Below are positions 16,990-26,049 of a stretch of DNA of 32,000 bases, in pieces (within the stretch, counting starts at the first letter, position 1; the number at the start of each line of letters is the position of its first letter). Position numbers and translations under genes: made by a program. Under the pieces are notes generated by a model. It had not been told where the DNA came from. It searched no databases and was given only the letters and a program-made list of their open reading frames with translations. Source of the DNA: Thermaerobacter marianensis DSM 12885 (GTDB taxonomy: Bacteria; Bacillota; Sulfobacillia; Thermaerobacterales; Thermaerobacteraceae); assembly GCF_000184705.1 (NCBI RefSeq), contig NC_014831.1, forward strand, positions 2,812,644-2,844,643. Direction: 5' to 3'.

Positions 16990-18074
16990 CACGCCTGTCC
17001 CCCCTTGGCGACCGCATGCCGCCGGCCGGCGCGGGCCGCGGCGCGCCACCACCGGCCCAGCTGGTCCCACGTCAGCTCGACGCCGCCCAGCAGGCCGCGG
17101 GGACGCACCAGCATGACCAGGATGAGCAGCACCGAGAACAGCACCATCCGCACCGCCGGGGCGATGTTGCTCGGCAGGTGGGCCGCCTGCATCCAGTTGG
17201 GCAGGGCCTGGTTGACGTAGGTGAAGAACACGGCCGCCAGCACGGCGCCGGTGGTGCTGCCCATGCCGCCGATGACCACGATCACCAGGATGAAGACGGA
17301 GTTCATGAACCCCGCCAGCGCGGGATTGAGGTAAAGGTACTGGTGGGCGTGGAGCCCACCGGCCACCCCGGCCAGCAGGGCGCCGATGGTGAAGGCCATC
17401 ACCTTGTACCGGGTGGACGGGATGCCCATGGCCTCGGCGGCCACCTCGTCTTCCCGGATGGCGATGCAGGCGCGGCCATGGGTGGAGTGGACGAAGTGCC
17501 AGACCAGCTTCACGGCCAGAACGGCCACCCCGTACGTCCAGGCGAACGTGGTGTGGCGGGGAATGGCGATGAGGCCCTGGGCGCCGCCGACGTCGATGAC
17601 GCGGGTTCCGACGGGCACCTCGTTGATCAGGGAGAGCAGCACGCTGATGATCTCCCCGAATCCCAGCGTGGCGATGGCCAGATAGTCGCCCCGCAAGCGC
17701 AGGCTGGGGATGCCCACCAGCAGCCCCGCCGCGCCGGCCAGCAGGCCGCCGGCCGCCAGCGCCACGGGGAACGGCACGTCGAAGAACTTGGTCAGGATGG
17801 CCGCCGCGTAGGCACCCACGGCCATGAAGCCGGCGTGGCCGATGGACAGCTGGCCGGTGTAGCCCAGGATCAGGTTGAGGCTGACGGCCATGATCACGTA
17901 GATGCCCGCCTGGGTCAGGACCACCAGCAGGTAGCGGTTTCCCCCCGCCCAGGCCAGCAGCAACTGGTACAGCCCCACGATCACCGCCAGCTGCAGCAGC
18001 CATCGGCCGACGACCACGGGCCACGGCGTGGCCCGCAGGGGTCCGGTGGCGGTTGCCGGTGCCAGCTCGCTCAC
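16989..18074 (-). CDS. livM: Branched-chain amino acid ABC transporter permease LivM
   Basis: Polytopic membrane protein with LivM-type motifs (NLILGYTGQLSIGHAGFMAVGAY, IAIREDEVAAEAMGI). GTG at 18074 is preceded by GAGGAGG with a 7-nt spacer. Confidence 0.9.
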   Translation of the reverse strand: MSELAPATATGPLRATPWPVVVGRWLLQLAVIVGLYQLLLAWAGGNRYLLVVLTQAGIYVIMAVSLNLILGYTGQLSIGHAGFMAVGAYAAAILTKFFDVPFPVALAAGGLLAGAAGLLVGIPSLRLRGDYLAIATLGFGEIISVLLSLINEVPVGTRVIDVGGAQGLIAIPRHTTFAWTYGVAVLAVKLVWHFVHSTHGRACIAIREDEVAAEAMGIPSTRYKVMAFTIGALLAGVAGGLHAHQYLYLNPALAGFMNSVFILVIVVIGGMGSTTGAVLAAVFFTYVNQALPNWMQAAHLPSNIAPAVRMVLFSVLLILVMLVRPRGLLGGVELTWDQLGRWWRAAARAGRRHAVAKGGQA

Positions 18075-18086
18075 CGCTAAACCTCC

Positions 18087-18134
18087 TCTAGTCCGAGTCA
18101 CCTGGCCTGCTCTGGTCCGAGTCACCTGGTCCGA
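18087..18134. repeat. 24-bp tandem duplication (2 copies) immediately upstream of the livM ribosome-binding site
   Basis: TCTAGTCCGAGTCACCTGGCCTGC followed by TCTGGTCCGAGTCACCTGGTCCGA. The 15-nt core GTCCGAGTCACCTGG is identical at 18091-18105 and 18115-18129. Confidence 0.8.
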
Positions 18135-18321
18135 ATCGCCCGGGACCCGGCGGCACCACGACGGGCGGCGCGCCGGTTTCCGGCCCATGGAACCGGGGCT
18201 CTCCGGTCCGGATTTTGCGCCGGCGGCCCCGGCCCGCGTGCCTCGAGGCCGGTTCTTCCGGAGAAGCGGGGCCGCCCGGATGGTCCCGCCGGGCCTGCAG
18301 GGTTCCGATCGCCGTCGAGCG

Positions 18322-19227
18322 CTAGACCTTGTCGTACACCCGCTCGCCCAGCAGGCCGGTGGGCTTGAACAGCAGCACCACGATCAGGATCAAGAAGGCC
18401 ACGGCACCGGTCAGCTCCGAGCGGATGGAGGCAACCCCCACCTCCGCCAGCCCCATGATGAGGCCGCCCACCATAGCGCCGGGGATGTTGCCGATGCCGC
18501 CCAGAACCGCCGCCACGAACGCCTTGAGGCCCGGCAGGATGCCCATGAAGGGGTCGATGCGGGAATAGGTGACGCCCACCAGCACCCCGGCGGTGGCCGC
18601 CAGGGCCGACCCCAGCATGAAGGTGGCCGCGATGATGCGGTTGACGTTGATGCCCATCAGCCGGGCGGCATCGAGGTCGAAGGCCACCGCTCGCATGGCC
18701 TTGCCCACGCGGGTCCGCATCACCAGGTACTGAAGGCCCGCCATCATCACCAGGGCCACCAGGAGGGCGACGGCGAAGCGGACGTTGAGGAACACGCCGC
18801 CCAGGTCGATCTGGCGCGCCGGGATCAGGGCCGGAAAGGGCCGCGGGTTGGGACCGGCGATGATCTGCATGAGGTTCTCGAGCAGCAGGGACACGCCGAT
18901 GGCGGTGGTCAGCGCCACCAGGCGCGGCTGGCCGCGCAGCGGCCGGTACGCCGTGCGCTCGATCAGGGCGCCCAGGAGAGCGCAGCCGGCCATGGCCGCC
19001 ACCAGCCCCACCGCAAACAGGACGAGCCCTTGGCCCACCGAGACGGAGCCGGCGGCCGCGGCTGCCGTCACCGCGAAGGCCACGTAGGCGCCCACCATGT
19101 ACACGTCACCGTGGGCGAAGTTGATCATCTTGACCACGCCGTAGACCATGGTGTAGCCGACGGCGATCAGGGCGTAGATGGCGCCCAGCTGGATGCCGTT
19201 GATGAGCTGCTGGATGACGATCTGCAC
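18322..19227 (-). CDS. livH: Branched-chain amino acid ABC transporter permease LivH
   Basis: (M)QIVIQQLINGIQLGAIYALIAVGYTMVYGVVKMINFAHGD is the canonical LivH N-terminus. GTG at 19227 is preceded by GGGAGGG. The 99 upstream codons in the track ORF are junk. Confidence 0.9.
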   Translation of the reverse strand: MQIVIQQLINGIQLGAIYALIAVGYTMVYGVVKMINFAHGDVYMVGAYVAFAVTAAAAAGSVSVGQGLVLFAVGLVAAMAGCALLGALIERTAYRPLRGQPRLVALTTAIGVSLLLENLMQIIAGPNPRPFPALIPARQIDLGGVFLNVRFAVALLVALVMMAGLQYLVMRTRVGKAMRAVAFDLDAARLMGINVNRIIAATFMLGSALAATAGVLVGVTYSRIDPFMGILPGLKAFVAAVLGGIGNIPGAMVGGLIMGLAEVGVASIRSELTGAVAFLILIVVLLFKPTGLLGERVYDKV

Positions 19228-19259
19228 CGTCGCTGACCCTCCCGACCGCCGGGAAGTTG

Positions 19260-19285
19260 GGCGCCGCCCGAATTCGGGCGGCGCC
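19260..19285 (-). promoter_or_regulatory. Perfect 11-bp hairpin in the 327-bp spacer between the binding-protein gene and livH (intercistronic processing, attenuation or stabiliser candidate)
   Basis: GGCGCCGCCCG-aatt-CGGGCGGCGCC, 32 nt upstream of the livH start. No U-tract. Confidence 0.4.
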
Positions 19286-19554
19286 GCCCTCCCGGATCGG
19301 TCTTGCGTAGTGCGGGCCCCTGGGCCCGGCCGGGCACCCGCTCCTCTCGCGCGCCGGCGCCCTCGCCCATGCGACCCGGGCGGGGTGTGGCCGGTGCCGG
19401 CCGCCGGCGGTGGGTTCGCCGGGCCGGGGGCAGCCCTGTGGACCGGCCCCCGGCGTCCGCCAGGATGCCCGGTGGACGTTGAGCGCCTCGGACCCCGGCG
19501 GTGGGGGCGAAGCCGGCCCGGCACCGCTCCCGGGACCCATCCCCAGGCGGAACC

Positions 19555-20796
19555 TCACTGGGGTGAGACGGTGGTCACGTACTTGTGCCCGTTCGCGGTG
19601 GTCTGGAGCACCACCGCGTCCTTGACCGGATTGTGGTTCTCGTCGAAGGAGATGGTGCCCGTGACGCCCTTGAAGCCCTGGGTCTGTTCCAGCGCGTCCC
19701 GGACCTGCTCCGGATCCGTCGGGTCGCCGCCGTTGTCGATCACCCGCTGGATGGCATCCAGCAGCAGGTTGGCCGCATCGTAGCCAAGGGCGGCCAGGGC
19801 GCTGGGATCTTCACCGTACTCCTGGCGGTAGGCCTCCACGAAGGCCTTGGACTCGGGGTTCTCCTGCTCGACCGAGTAGTGGTTGGAGAAGTAGCCGCCG
19901 AGGATGGCCTCACCGCCCAGGTCATAGAGCTGGCTGTCGTCCCAGCCGTCGGCGCCCAGCAGTGTGGCCTGCACGCCCACCTCGCGGGCCTGCTGGGCGA
20001 TGAGACCCACCGGGTTGTAGTAATCGGGCAGGAACAGCACGTCGGGGTTCGCGCCGGCGATGCTGGTCAGTTGCGCCCGGAAGTCCTGGTCGCCGGTACG
20101 GTAGGATTCGACCTTGACCACCTGCCCGCCCAGGTCCGTAAAGGCCGCCTCGAAGGACTTGTAGAGCCCCTCGCTGTAGGGGTTGGCCAGGTCGTACAGG
20201 ATGGCCGCGGTCTGCGCGTTCAACTCCTCCCGGGCGAACTTGGCCATCACCTTGCCCTGGAAAGAGTCGTTGAAGCAGGCCCGGAAGATCCACTTCTTGC
20301 CAGGGGTCAGGGCGTCCGCCGTCGACGTCGGGGAAATCTGGATCACGCCCTGCTGTTCCAGCACCTCGGAAACCGGAATCGAGATGCGGGACGACACCGA
20401 GCCGATGACCGCGATCACCTGGTCTTCGGTCACCAGCTTCTGAACCCGGGCCACCGCCTCGGTCTCGTCGTTCTTGTCGTCCTCGACGACGGCGTTGATG
20501 GTGTAGTTCCCGACCTTGTTGTTCCGCTGCTTCAGCGCCAGCATGGCGCCGTTGCGGGTCTGCTCGCCGAACTGGCTGATTTGCCCCGTCAGCGGCATGA
20601 GCAGGCCGATGTTGATGGTCCCGCCGGCGCTGTCCCCGCCGCCGCCTTCCCCACCGGAGCTGGGCGTCCCCCCGCCACCGCAGGCCGCCAGGACCAGTGA
20701 GGCCGCCACCAGTCCGGCCAGGACCGCCCGGCGGGGCCAGCGCGAAAACCAGGTACCCACCCAACAATCCCCCCCGCAACGAGATTTAAGCCCCAT
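19555..20796 (-). CDS. ABC transporter substrate-binding lipoprotein, Leu/Ile/Val-binding (LivJ/LivK-like, type I PBP fold)
   Basis: Lipobox LVLAAC followed by a Gly/Ser-rich linker. The mature domain fits the LIVBP family pattern (INIGLLMPLTG...FG, GADGWD). Start is either the ATG at 20796 (no SD) or, more likely, the GTG at 20760 (GGGGGGA with a 7-nt spacer). Confidence 0.9.
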   Translation of the reverse strand: MGLKSRCGGDCWVGTWFSRWPRRAVLAGLVAASLVLAACGGGGTPSSGGEGGGGDSAGGTINIGLLMPLTGQISQFGEQTRNGAMLALKQRNNKVGNYTINAVVEDDKNDETEAVARVQKLVTEDQVIAVIGSVSSRISIPVSEVLEQQGVIQISPTSTADALTPGKKWIFRACFNDSFQGKVMAKFAREELNAQTAAILYDLANPYSEGLYKSFEAAFTDLGGQVVKVESYRTGDQDFRAQLTSIAGANPDVLFLPDYYNPVGLIAQQAREVGVQATLLGADGWDDSQLYDLGGEAILGGYFSNHYSVEQENPESKAFVEAYRQEYGEDPSALAALGYDAANLLLDAIQRVIDNGGDPTDPEQVRDALEQTQGFKGVTGTISFDENHNPVKDAVVLQTTANGHKYVTTVSPQ

Positions 20797-20902
20797 GATT
20801 CAACGGAAAAGGGACAACTCCTGCCGGACGTGGTGGAGAAACGTACCCGTGTTGTTCAAAGGTGATGGAATCCGTGCGAGTGGGTGGTGCGGCTGCGGGA
20901 AT

Positions 20903-20930
20903 GGCGCGGCCGGCTCCTGCCGGCCGCGCC
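20903..20930. promoter_or_regulatory. Perfect 11-bp GC hairpin in the divergent liv/yyaC intergenic region
   Basis: GGCGCGGCCGG-ctcctg-CCGGCCGCGCC. It is not downstream of any gene end, so it is more likely part of a 5' leader than a terminator. Confidence 0.35.
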
Positions 20931-21244
20931 GCATCGTCCAGGCACGGAGAGCTCGCCCCTGAATACCTTCGCTCCCGCCGGCCATATACTTCAGCGGTAT
21001 CCTCGACCTCGGCACGGTGTGGCCCCGGGAGGCCGCCTTAGCCTGCGCCCGTTGGGGTGCCAGCGCCTCCGTCCCCGTGGCGCCAGCGCGCCGGCTCACC
21101 ACCGGACGGCCAGCCACCGGGCGAGCCGGCGTGCCGGCACCGCGGCCGCGGCCTCGGCCCCGTCCCGATTCCCGGGCCGGCGGCCGGAGGGTCGCGCCGT
21201 CTCCCCGGTCGGGGATGCCGGGACGTGGCGGGAGGGAAGCCGGC

Positions 21245-22234
21245 GTGTCCCGACCTGATGCCCCGTCGCCCCCGGAAGGACCTGCCCTACCCCCCTTCCG
21301 GGCCGAGCTCCGGGTGCGGGCAGACGACCCCGACGGCTGGCAGCGCTTGGGTATCACCCTGGCCGCCTGGCTCGAGCAGCGGGGCGACCGGCGCGTGGCC
21401 GTGGTCTGCATCGGCACCGACCGGTCCACGGGCGACGCCCTGGGCCCCCTGGTGGGGACCCTCCTGGATCGCAGCGGGTTGCTGCCTCGGGATGGCGTGC
21501 TCCTGATGGGCACCCTCGACGAGCCGGTGCACGCCGGCAACCTGGACCAGGCCGTCGCCCGGCTGGCGGCGCTGGGGCCCGGGACGACGGTCCTGGCCGT
21601 CGACGCGTGCCTGGGCCGTAGCGAGAACGTGGGCAGCATCAGCGCGGGGCGCGGCGCCCTGCAGCCCGGTGCCGGGGTGAACAAGTCCCTGCCGGCCGTG
21701 GGCCACCTGTTCGTCACGGGCACGGTCAACGTGGGCGGGTTCATGGAGTATTTCGTGCTGCAGAACACCCGGCTGGGCTTGGTGCTCCGGATGGCCGAGG
21801 CCATCGCCTCCGGCATCGGTTGGGCCCTGGCGTGCTACCTGGACCGGACGAACGCGGCCGGCGCCCCCCGGCCAAGGACGGGCGACCCCGCCGCGGCACG
21901 GGCCGGTCCGGAGGACGATCCGGTCGCCCTGCGCCGACCGGGCGGCGCCCGTTGGATCGCCTGGCGAGGGTCCCTGGAAGACCGGGCCGGCGCCAGCGAC
22001 TTGCCACACCGAACCCTTCCGGTGGGCCTGCCCGGGGCCGCCGCCGCGGCAGGAACGTCGGCAGGCGGGGGCGTCGGCGACGCGGGCACCCGCACGGCCC
22101 ATGCCGGGGCGTGCCCGGCGACCGGGAATGCCCCGGCCACCGGAGCCTGCACCGCCGTGGAGGCGCAAGGGGAAGGGCGGGTGAGGGGGATCGCATTTCC
22201 TGAAGCCTGCCGGTTGCGTCCCGCTCGGGGATAG
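21245..22234 (+). CDS. yyaC: Spore protease YyaC (DUF1256) with a long low-complexity C-terminal extension
   Basis: VAVVCIGTDRSTGDALGPLVG ... AVDACLGR...VGSI..G.G.L.PGAGV.K.LP.VG......G.VNVGGFMEYFVLQNTRL matches B. subtilis YyaC almost motif for motif. GTG at 21245 is preceded by GGGAGGGAAG; an alternative ATG lies at 21215. Confidence 0.85.
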   Translation: MSRPDAPSPPEGPALPPFRAELRVRADDPDGWQRLGITLAAWLEQRGDRRVAVVCIGTDRSTGDALGPLVGTLLDRSGLLPRDGVLLMGTLDEPVHAGNLDQAVARLAALGPGTTVLAVDACLGRSENVGSISAGRGALQPGAGVNKSLPAVGHLFVTGTVNVGGFMEYFVLQNTRLGLVLRMAEAIASGIGWALACYLDRTNAAGAPRPRTGDPAAARAGPEDDPVALRRPGGARWIAWRGSLEDRAGASDLPHRTLPVGLPGAAAAAGTSAGGGVGDAGTRTAHAGACPATGNAPATGACTAVEAQGEGRVRGIAFPEACRLRPARG

Positions 22235-22334
22235 GAGGGAGGACCCGGCCCGCCGGCCGGCCCGGAACGACCCGGGCGCCGGGGGCTCCAAACCGACGGC
22301 CGCCGCGGGCCGGCCTGCAAGGTCGCGGGAGGAT

Positions 22335-23402
22335 TCAGCTGGGGTCGCGGGAGTCGCCTTCGGCGGCCGCCGAGATTCGCCCGGGTGGCACGACGGCAGG
22401 GCCGGCGGCGGTGCTCCCGGTCGCCACGCCCGCCGCTCCGGCGGCCCCCTTCGCCCCGACGGGTTCGTCGGCGGGTGAGACAGAGGCCGCTGCGGCCCGG
22501 GCGTCGGCTGGCGGCACCAACACCAGCATGCCGCCGGGATAGTTGCGATACCGGACCGGCAGGTACCCCGCCGGCTCGCCGTCGGCATGGACGGCCACCG
22601 GCTCCGGGCTGCGGATCTCCACCGCCGAGCCGCGCAGGCTCGTCACCCGGCGGTGGCGCACGTGGGTGCCGCGGAACACCTTGGGGAAGACCCACAGCGT
22701 CTCCAGCTTGCCCAGGTCGCCGATGAGCAGCACGTCGAACCGGCCGTCGTCGGGCGTCGCCCCGGGCAGGATGTGCATCCCGCCCCCGTAGTATGGCGAG
22801 TTGCCCACCACCGTCATCAGCGCCACGTGGTGGTGGGTGTGGCCGTCGATGCGGATCTCCATGGGAACGTTGCGGTACTGGCGCAGGGTACGCAACATGG
22901 ACAGGACGTAGGGGAGGGCGCCCCGCCCCGGCCCCCCCTCCTCGTAGACCCGCCGCGCTACCTCGGCATCAAGCCCCACCCCGCTCACGTTGACGAAGAA
23001 GCGGCCGCCATCGGCGGTCTCGAGGTATCCCAGGTCGAGTCGCCGCCGTCGCCCCCGCACCACCAGGTCGGCGACCGCCGCCGGGGTGGCGGTGACCCGC
23101 AGGCCCCGGGCCAGGTCGTTGCCCGTCCCCAGGGGCACGACGGCCAGGGCGGGGCCACCCGGGCCCATGCCGTTGACGGCCTCGTGGACGGTGCCGTCAC
23201 CACCCGTCACCAGCACCAGGTCGGCGTGGCGCTCCCGGGCCCGCCGCGCCATGTCCCGGGCGTCACCAGGCCCCGCCGTGTACAAGACCTCCAGGTCGAT
23301 CCCGCGGCTCCGCAAGGCGGCCTCGTAAGCGGGCCACGCCCGTCCGGCGCGGCCGCGCCCGGCCACGGGGTTGACTATGGCCACGATCCCACCCAACGCC
23401 AT
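22335..23402 (-). CDS. Diacylglycerol/lipid kinase family protein (DagK/YegS/BmrU-like)
   Basis: IVNPVAGRGRA...; LVLVTGGDGTVHEAVNG (the GGDGT catalytic motif); PLGTGNDLAR. ATG at 23402 is preceded by GAGAGGAGA. Has an Ala/Gly-rich C-terminal tail. Confidence 0.85.
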   Translation of the reverse strand: MALGGIVAIVNPVAGRGRAGRAWPAYEAALRSRGIDLEVLYTAGPGDARDMARRARERHADLVLVTGGDGTVHEAVNGMGPGGPALAVVPLGTGNDLARGLRVTATPAAVADLVVRGRRRRLDLGYLETADGGRFFVNVSGVGLDAEVARRVYEEGGPGRGALPYVLSMLRTLRQYRNVPMEIRIDGHTHHHVALMTVVGNSPYYGGGMHILPGATPDDGRFDVLLIGDLGKLETLWVFPKVFRGTHVRHRRVTSLRGSAVEIRSPEPVAVHADGEPAGYLPVRYRNYPGGMLVLVPPADARAAAASVSPADEPVGAKGAAGAAGVATGSTAAGPAVVPPGRISAAAEGDSRDPS

Positions 23403-23581
23403 CGTCTCCTCTCGTGGCAGCCGGGTGCCCACGGCGGCACCTGGACGGCTCCCCTTCCCAGCGCCGCCGGCTCCGGGGGACATCCCCTTCGCGCCACGCC
23501 CGCCACGGGTGTTCGGCTCCGGGACTGCCGGCAGGCCACCGTCCCACGGCGGCGCCGCTGGGCCGAGCCGGCCGCGGAGCC

Positions 23582-24184
23582 CTACCGGCGACGGCCCTCG
23601 CGGCCGGCCACGGGCCCCGTCCCGGCCGCCTCGTCCGCCATGGCGCGGCGGATGGCTTCCCGCTCCTCCTCGCTGAGCAGGTAGGGGGAGCTGCCGGCCG
23701 TGATGGGCTTGGCGTAGGTACGGGTATCCTCCCGGCCCGCCAGGGTCGTGATCACCGCACCGTTGCCCTCGGCGTCCAGGAGGGCGAGAGCAAAACTCTG
23801 CTCGCCGCCCATGTTGGGAAAGGCGTTGAACCGTACCACCGCCACATGCCGCACGCAGCGGGCCAGTTCCTCCGCCATGGTCGCGACGCGGCGCCCTGTG
23901 TCGTCCTGCGCCACCTCCAGCCGGTGCAAGCGGGCCAGCACGTCCCCGAGAGTCGGTTCATCCGGCTGCCGGGTGGCGGCGACGCCGTCGTGTCCCGGCG
24001 CCCGCAACCACCGCTCCAGGCTGCGCAACCGGCGGTGGGCCGCCGCCGCCCGCCAGGCGGCCACCAGCGCCACCACCAGGGACAGCCCGGCCAGGACGCC
24101 GGACTGGGCCGCGACCGTCGCCATCCCGCGCTGGATGGATGCCCAGATCGGTTGCCACGGAATCGAAGATAAAAAGTCCTGCAT
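23582..24184 (-). CDS. DUF4446 family protein
   Basis: N-terminal TM segment, a coiled region, then VAVVRFNAFPNMGGEQSFALALLDAEGNGAVITTLAGREDTRTYAKPI..G.S...LSEEEREAI, the conserved DUF4446 core. This family typically lies downstream of parB. ATG at 24184 is preceded by GGGGAGAG. Confidence 0.8.
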   Translation of the reverse strand: MQDFLSSIPWQPIWASIQRGMATVAAQSGVLAGLSLVVALVAAWRAAAAHRRLRSLERWLRAPGHDGVAATRQPDEPTLGDVLARLHRLEVAQDDTGRRVATMAEELARCVRHVAVVRFNAFPNMGGEQSFALALLDAEGNGAVITTLAGREDTRTYAKPITAGSSPYLLSEEEREAIRRAMADEAAGTGPVAGREGRRR

Positions 24185-24270
24185 GGGCTCTCCCCGCCGT
24201 CCATCGGATTCGGTGCTTCCAGAGCCGGCGCCGCGGCCGCCCGCAAGGCGGGCGGTGCCGGCCGCCCCGC

Positions 24271-25161
24271 TCAAAAGGACGCCGCCGGCGCCTCGAGGCG
24301 GGCCAGGATCCGCTCGAGATCGTCCCAGCTGTAGTACTCGATGACGATCTGCCCGCGCGGGCCCCGGCCACGCAGGGTGACCCGGGTGTTCAGGGCCCGC
24401 TGGAGGCGGTTGACCAGGTCTTCCACCTCCGGCGACGGGGGCAGAACGTCCGCGCGCGGGCGCCGGGGTTTGGTGGCGGCAGCCTTCGCCACCTGCTCCT
24501 CCAGCTGGCGGACCGTCAGCCCCTTCGACAGCACCAGGGCCGCCAGGCGGCGCATCTCGGCCACCGAGCCCACCCCCAGCAGCACCTTGGCGTGGCCCGT
24601 GCTGAGCTTCCCGTCGGCCACCAGCCGCCGGAGGTCTTCCGGTAGCGAGAGGAGCCGCATCAGGTTGGCGACATGGGAGCGGCTCTTGCCCACCCGCTGG
24701 CTGATCTGCTCCTGGGTGAGCCCGAGCTCCTCGCTGAGCATGCGGTAGCCCTGGGCCTCTTCGATGGGGTTGAGATCCTCCCGCTGGAGGTTCTCCACCA
24801 GGGCGATCTCCATCATCTCGACGTCGGAGAACTCCCGTACCACCGCCGGCACCGTCTCCAGCCCCGCGGCCTGGGCCGCCCGCCAGCGGCGCTCGCCGGC
24901 CACCAGGCGGTAGCCTTCCCCTTCGGGCCGGACCAGCAGGGGCTGGACGATGCCGTGCTGCCGGACCGACTCCACCAGCTCGGCCAGGGCTTCAGGGTCG
25001 AACTGGCGCCGCGGCTGGTACGGGTTGGGCTGGATGCGGTCCACGGGGATCTGCTCCACCTGCTCGCCGGCCGTGGCCGGGTCCGGGCGCACGCCGGGCA
25101 GCAGGGCGTCGAGCCCCTTGACGTCGATGCCCCTAGCCAGCCCGCGCTTGCTCTTCGACAT
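24271..25161 (-). CDS. parB: Chromosome partitioning protein ParB (Spo0J)
   Basis: 296 aa. The ParB N-terminal GLDALLP motif, the arginine patch [11 protein letters not shown], an HTH ([24 protein letters not shown]), and a C-terminal dimerisation domain. The start overlaps the soj 3' end by 29 nt. Confidence 0.93.
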   Translation of the reverse strand: MSKSKRGLARGIDVKGLDALLPGVRPDPATAGEQVEQIPVDRIQPNPYQPRRQFDPEALAELVESVRQHGIVQPLLVRPEGEGYRLVAGERRWRAAQAAGLETVPAVVREFSDVEMMEIALVENLQREDLNPIEEAQGYRMLSEELGLTQEQISQRVGKSRSHVANLMRLLSLPEDLRRLVADGKLSTGHAKVLLGVGSVAEMRRLAALVLSKGLTVRQLEEQVAKAAATKPRRPRADVLPPSPEVEDLVNRLQRALNTRVTLRGRGPRGQIVIEYYSWDDLERILARLEAPAASF

Positions 25162-25915
25162 AGTCCATCACTTCCTTGGCCAGCTCCATGTACACCTCCG
25201 CCCCCCGCGACCGGGCGTCGTAGAGAATGACCGGCTGGCCGTGGCTGGGAGCTTCGGAGAGGCGCACGTTCCGGGGGATGATGGTCCGGAAGACCTTGTC
25301 CCGGAAGAACCGCTTGACCTCCTCCACCACCTGGATGGAGAGATTGGTGCGCCCGTCGAACATGGTGAGGACGACACCGTCCAAGACCAGGCCGGGATTC
25401 AGGTGGGCCTGGACCGCCCGGAGGGTGTTCAACAGCTGGCTCAGCCCTTCCAGGGCGTAGTACTCGCACTGGATGGGCACCAGCAACCCGTCGGCGGCCG
25501 CCATGGCGTTGAGGGTAAGCAGGCCCAGGGACGGCGGGCAGTCGATCAGGACGAAGTCGTACCCGTCCCGCACGCTCTCCAGGGCCCGGCGCAGGCGGGT
25601 CTCCCGGCCGATCATGCCGACCAGCTCCAGCTCCGCCCCGGCCAGCTCGATGTTGGCGGGTACCAGCCACAGTCCCGGCAGCGCCGTGGACCGGATGACC
25701 TCGCGCAGGCCGCGCTCGTCGATGAGAACGTCGTAGATGCTGCGGCCGACCCGGCCCTTGTCCAGGCCGAAGCCGCTGGTGGTGTTGGCCTGCGGATCGA
25801 TGTCGACCACCAGGACCTTCCGACCCAGGGCCGCCAGGCATGCGCCCAGGTTGACGGTGGTGGTGGTCTTGCCGACCCCGCCCTTCTGGTTGGCGATGGC
25901 GATGACCCGCCCCAT
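25133..25915 (-). CDS. soj: Chromosome partitioning ATPase ParA (Soj)
   Basis: 260 aa. Deviant Walker [16 protein letters not shown], with a full-length Soj/ParA pattern. ATG preceded by GGGAGGAGG. Confidence 0.95.
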   Translation of the reverse strand: MGRVIAIANQKGGVGKTTTTVNLGACLAALGRKVLVVDIDPQANTTSGFGLDKGRVGRSIYDVLIDERGLREVIRSTALPGLWLVPANIELAGAELELVGMIGRETRLRRALESVRDGYDFVLIDCPPSLGLLTLNAMAAADGLLVPIQCEYYALEGLSQLLNTLRAVQAHLNPGLVLDGVVLTMFDGRTNLSIQVVEEVKRFFRDKVFRTIIPRNVRLSEAPSHGQPVILYDARSRGAEVYMELAKEVMDYVEEQARAG

Positions 25916-25958
25916 GGGCGACGCCTCCTCCCGGCCCGGGCGACCCGGGGCATCCTAA

Positions 25959-25974
25959 TGTTCCACGTGGAACA
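25959..25974. other. parS centromere-like site (perfect palindrome TGTTCCACGTGGAACA)
   Basis: Exact 16-bp palindrome matching the Firmicutes parS consensus TGTTNCACGTGNAACA (18 bp including the flanking A/T). It lies in the noc-soj spacer, 43 nt upstream of the soj ATG. Confidence 0.9.
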
Positions 25975-26049
25975 TCGGCGGTTCCTGCCGTTCCGCAGGC
26001 ACGGTGGGCGCCTTTCCTTCCGCCCACCCCGCGCCTAGACCGGCCGCCC

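Noticed and set aside
16990-18024. N-terminal 345 codons of the 627-aa track ORF that ends as LivG
   Set aside because: This part is an out-of-frame overlap of livM with junk composition. The LivG homology starts at the ATG at 16989, which overlaps the livM stop (TGATG).
21287-22695. Long minus-strand ORFs (433 aa and 286 aa) opposite yyaC
   Set aside because: No motifs and a shadow-frame composition. The plus strand carries an unmistakable YyaC core.
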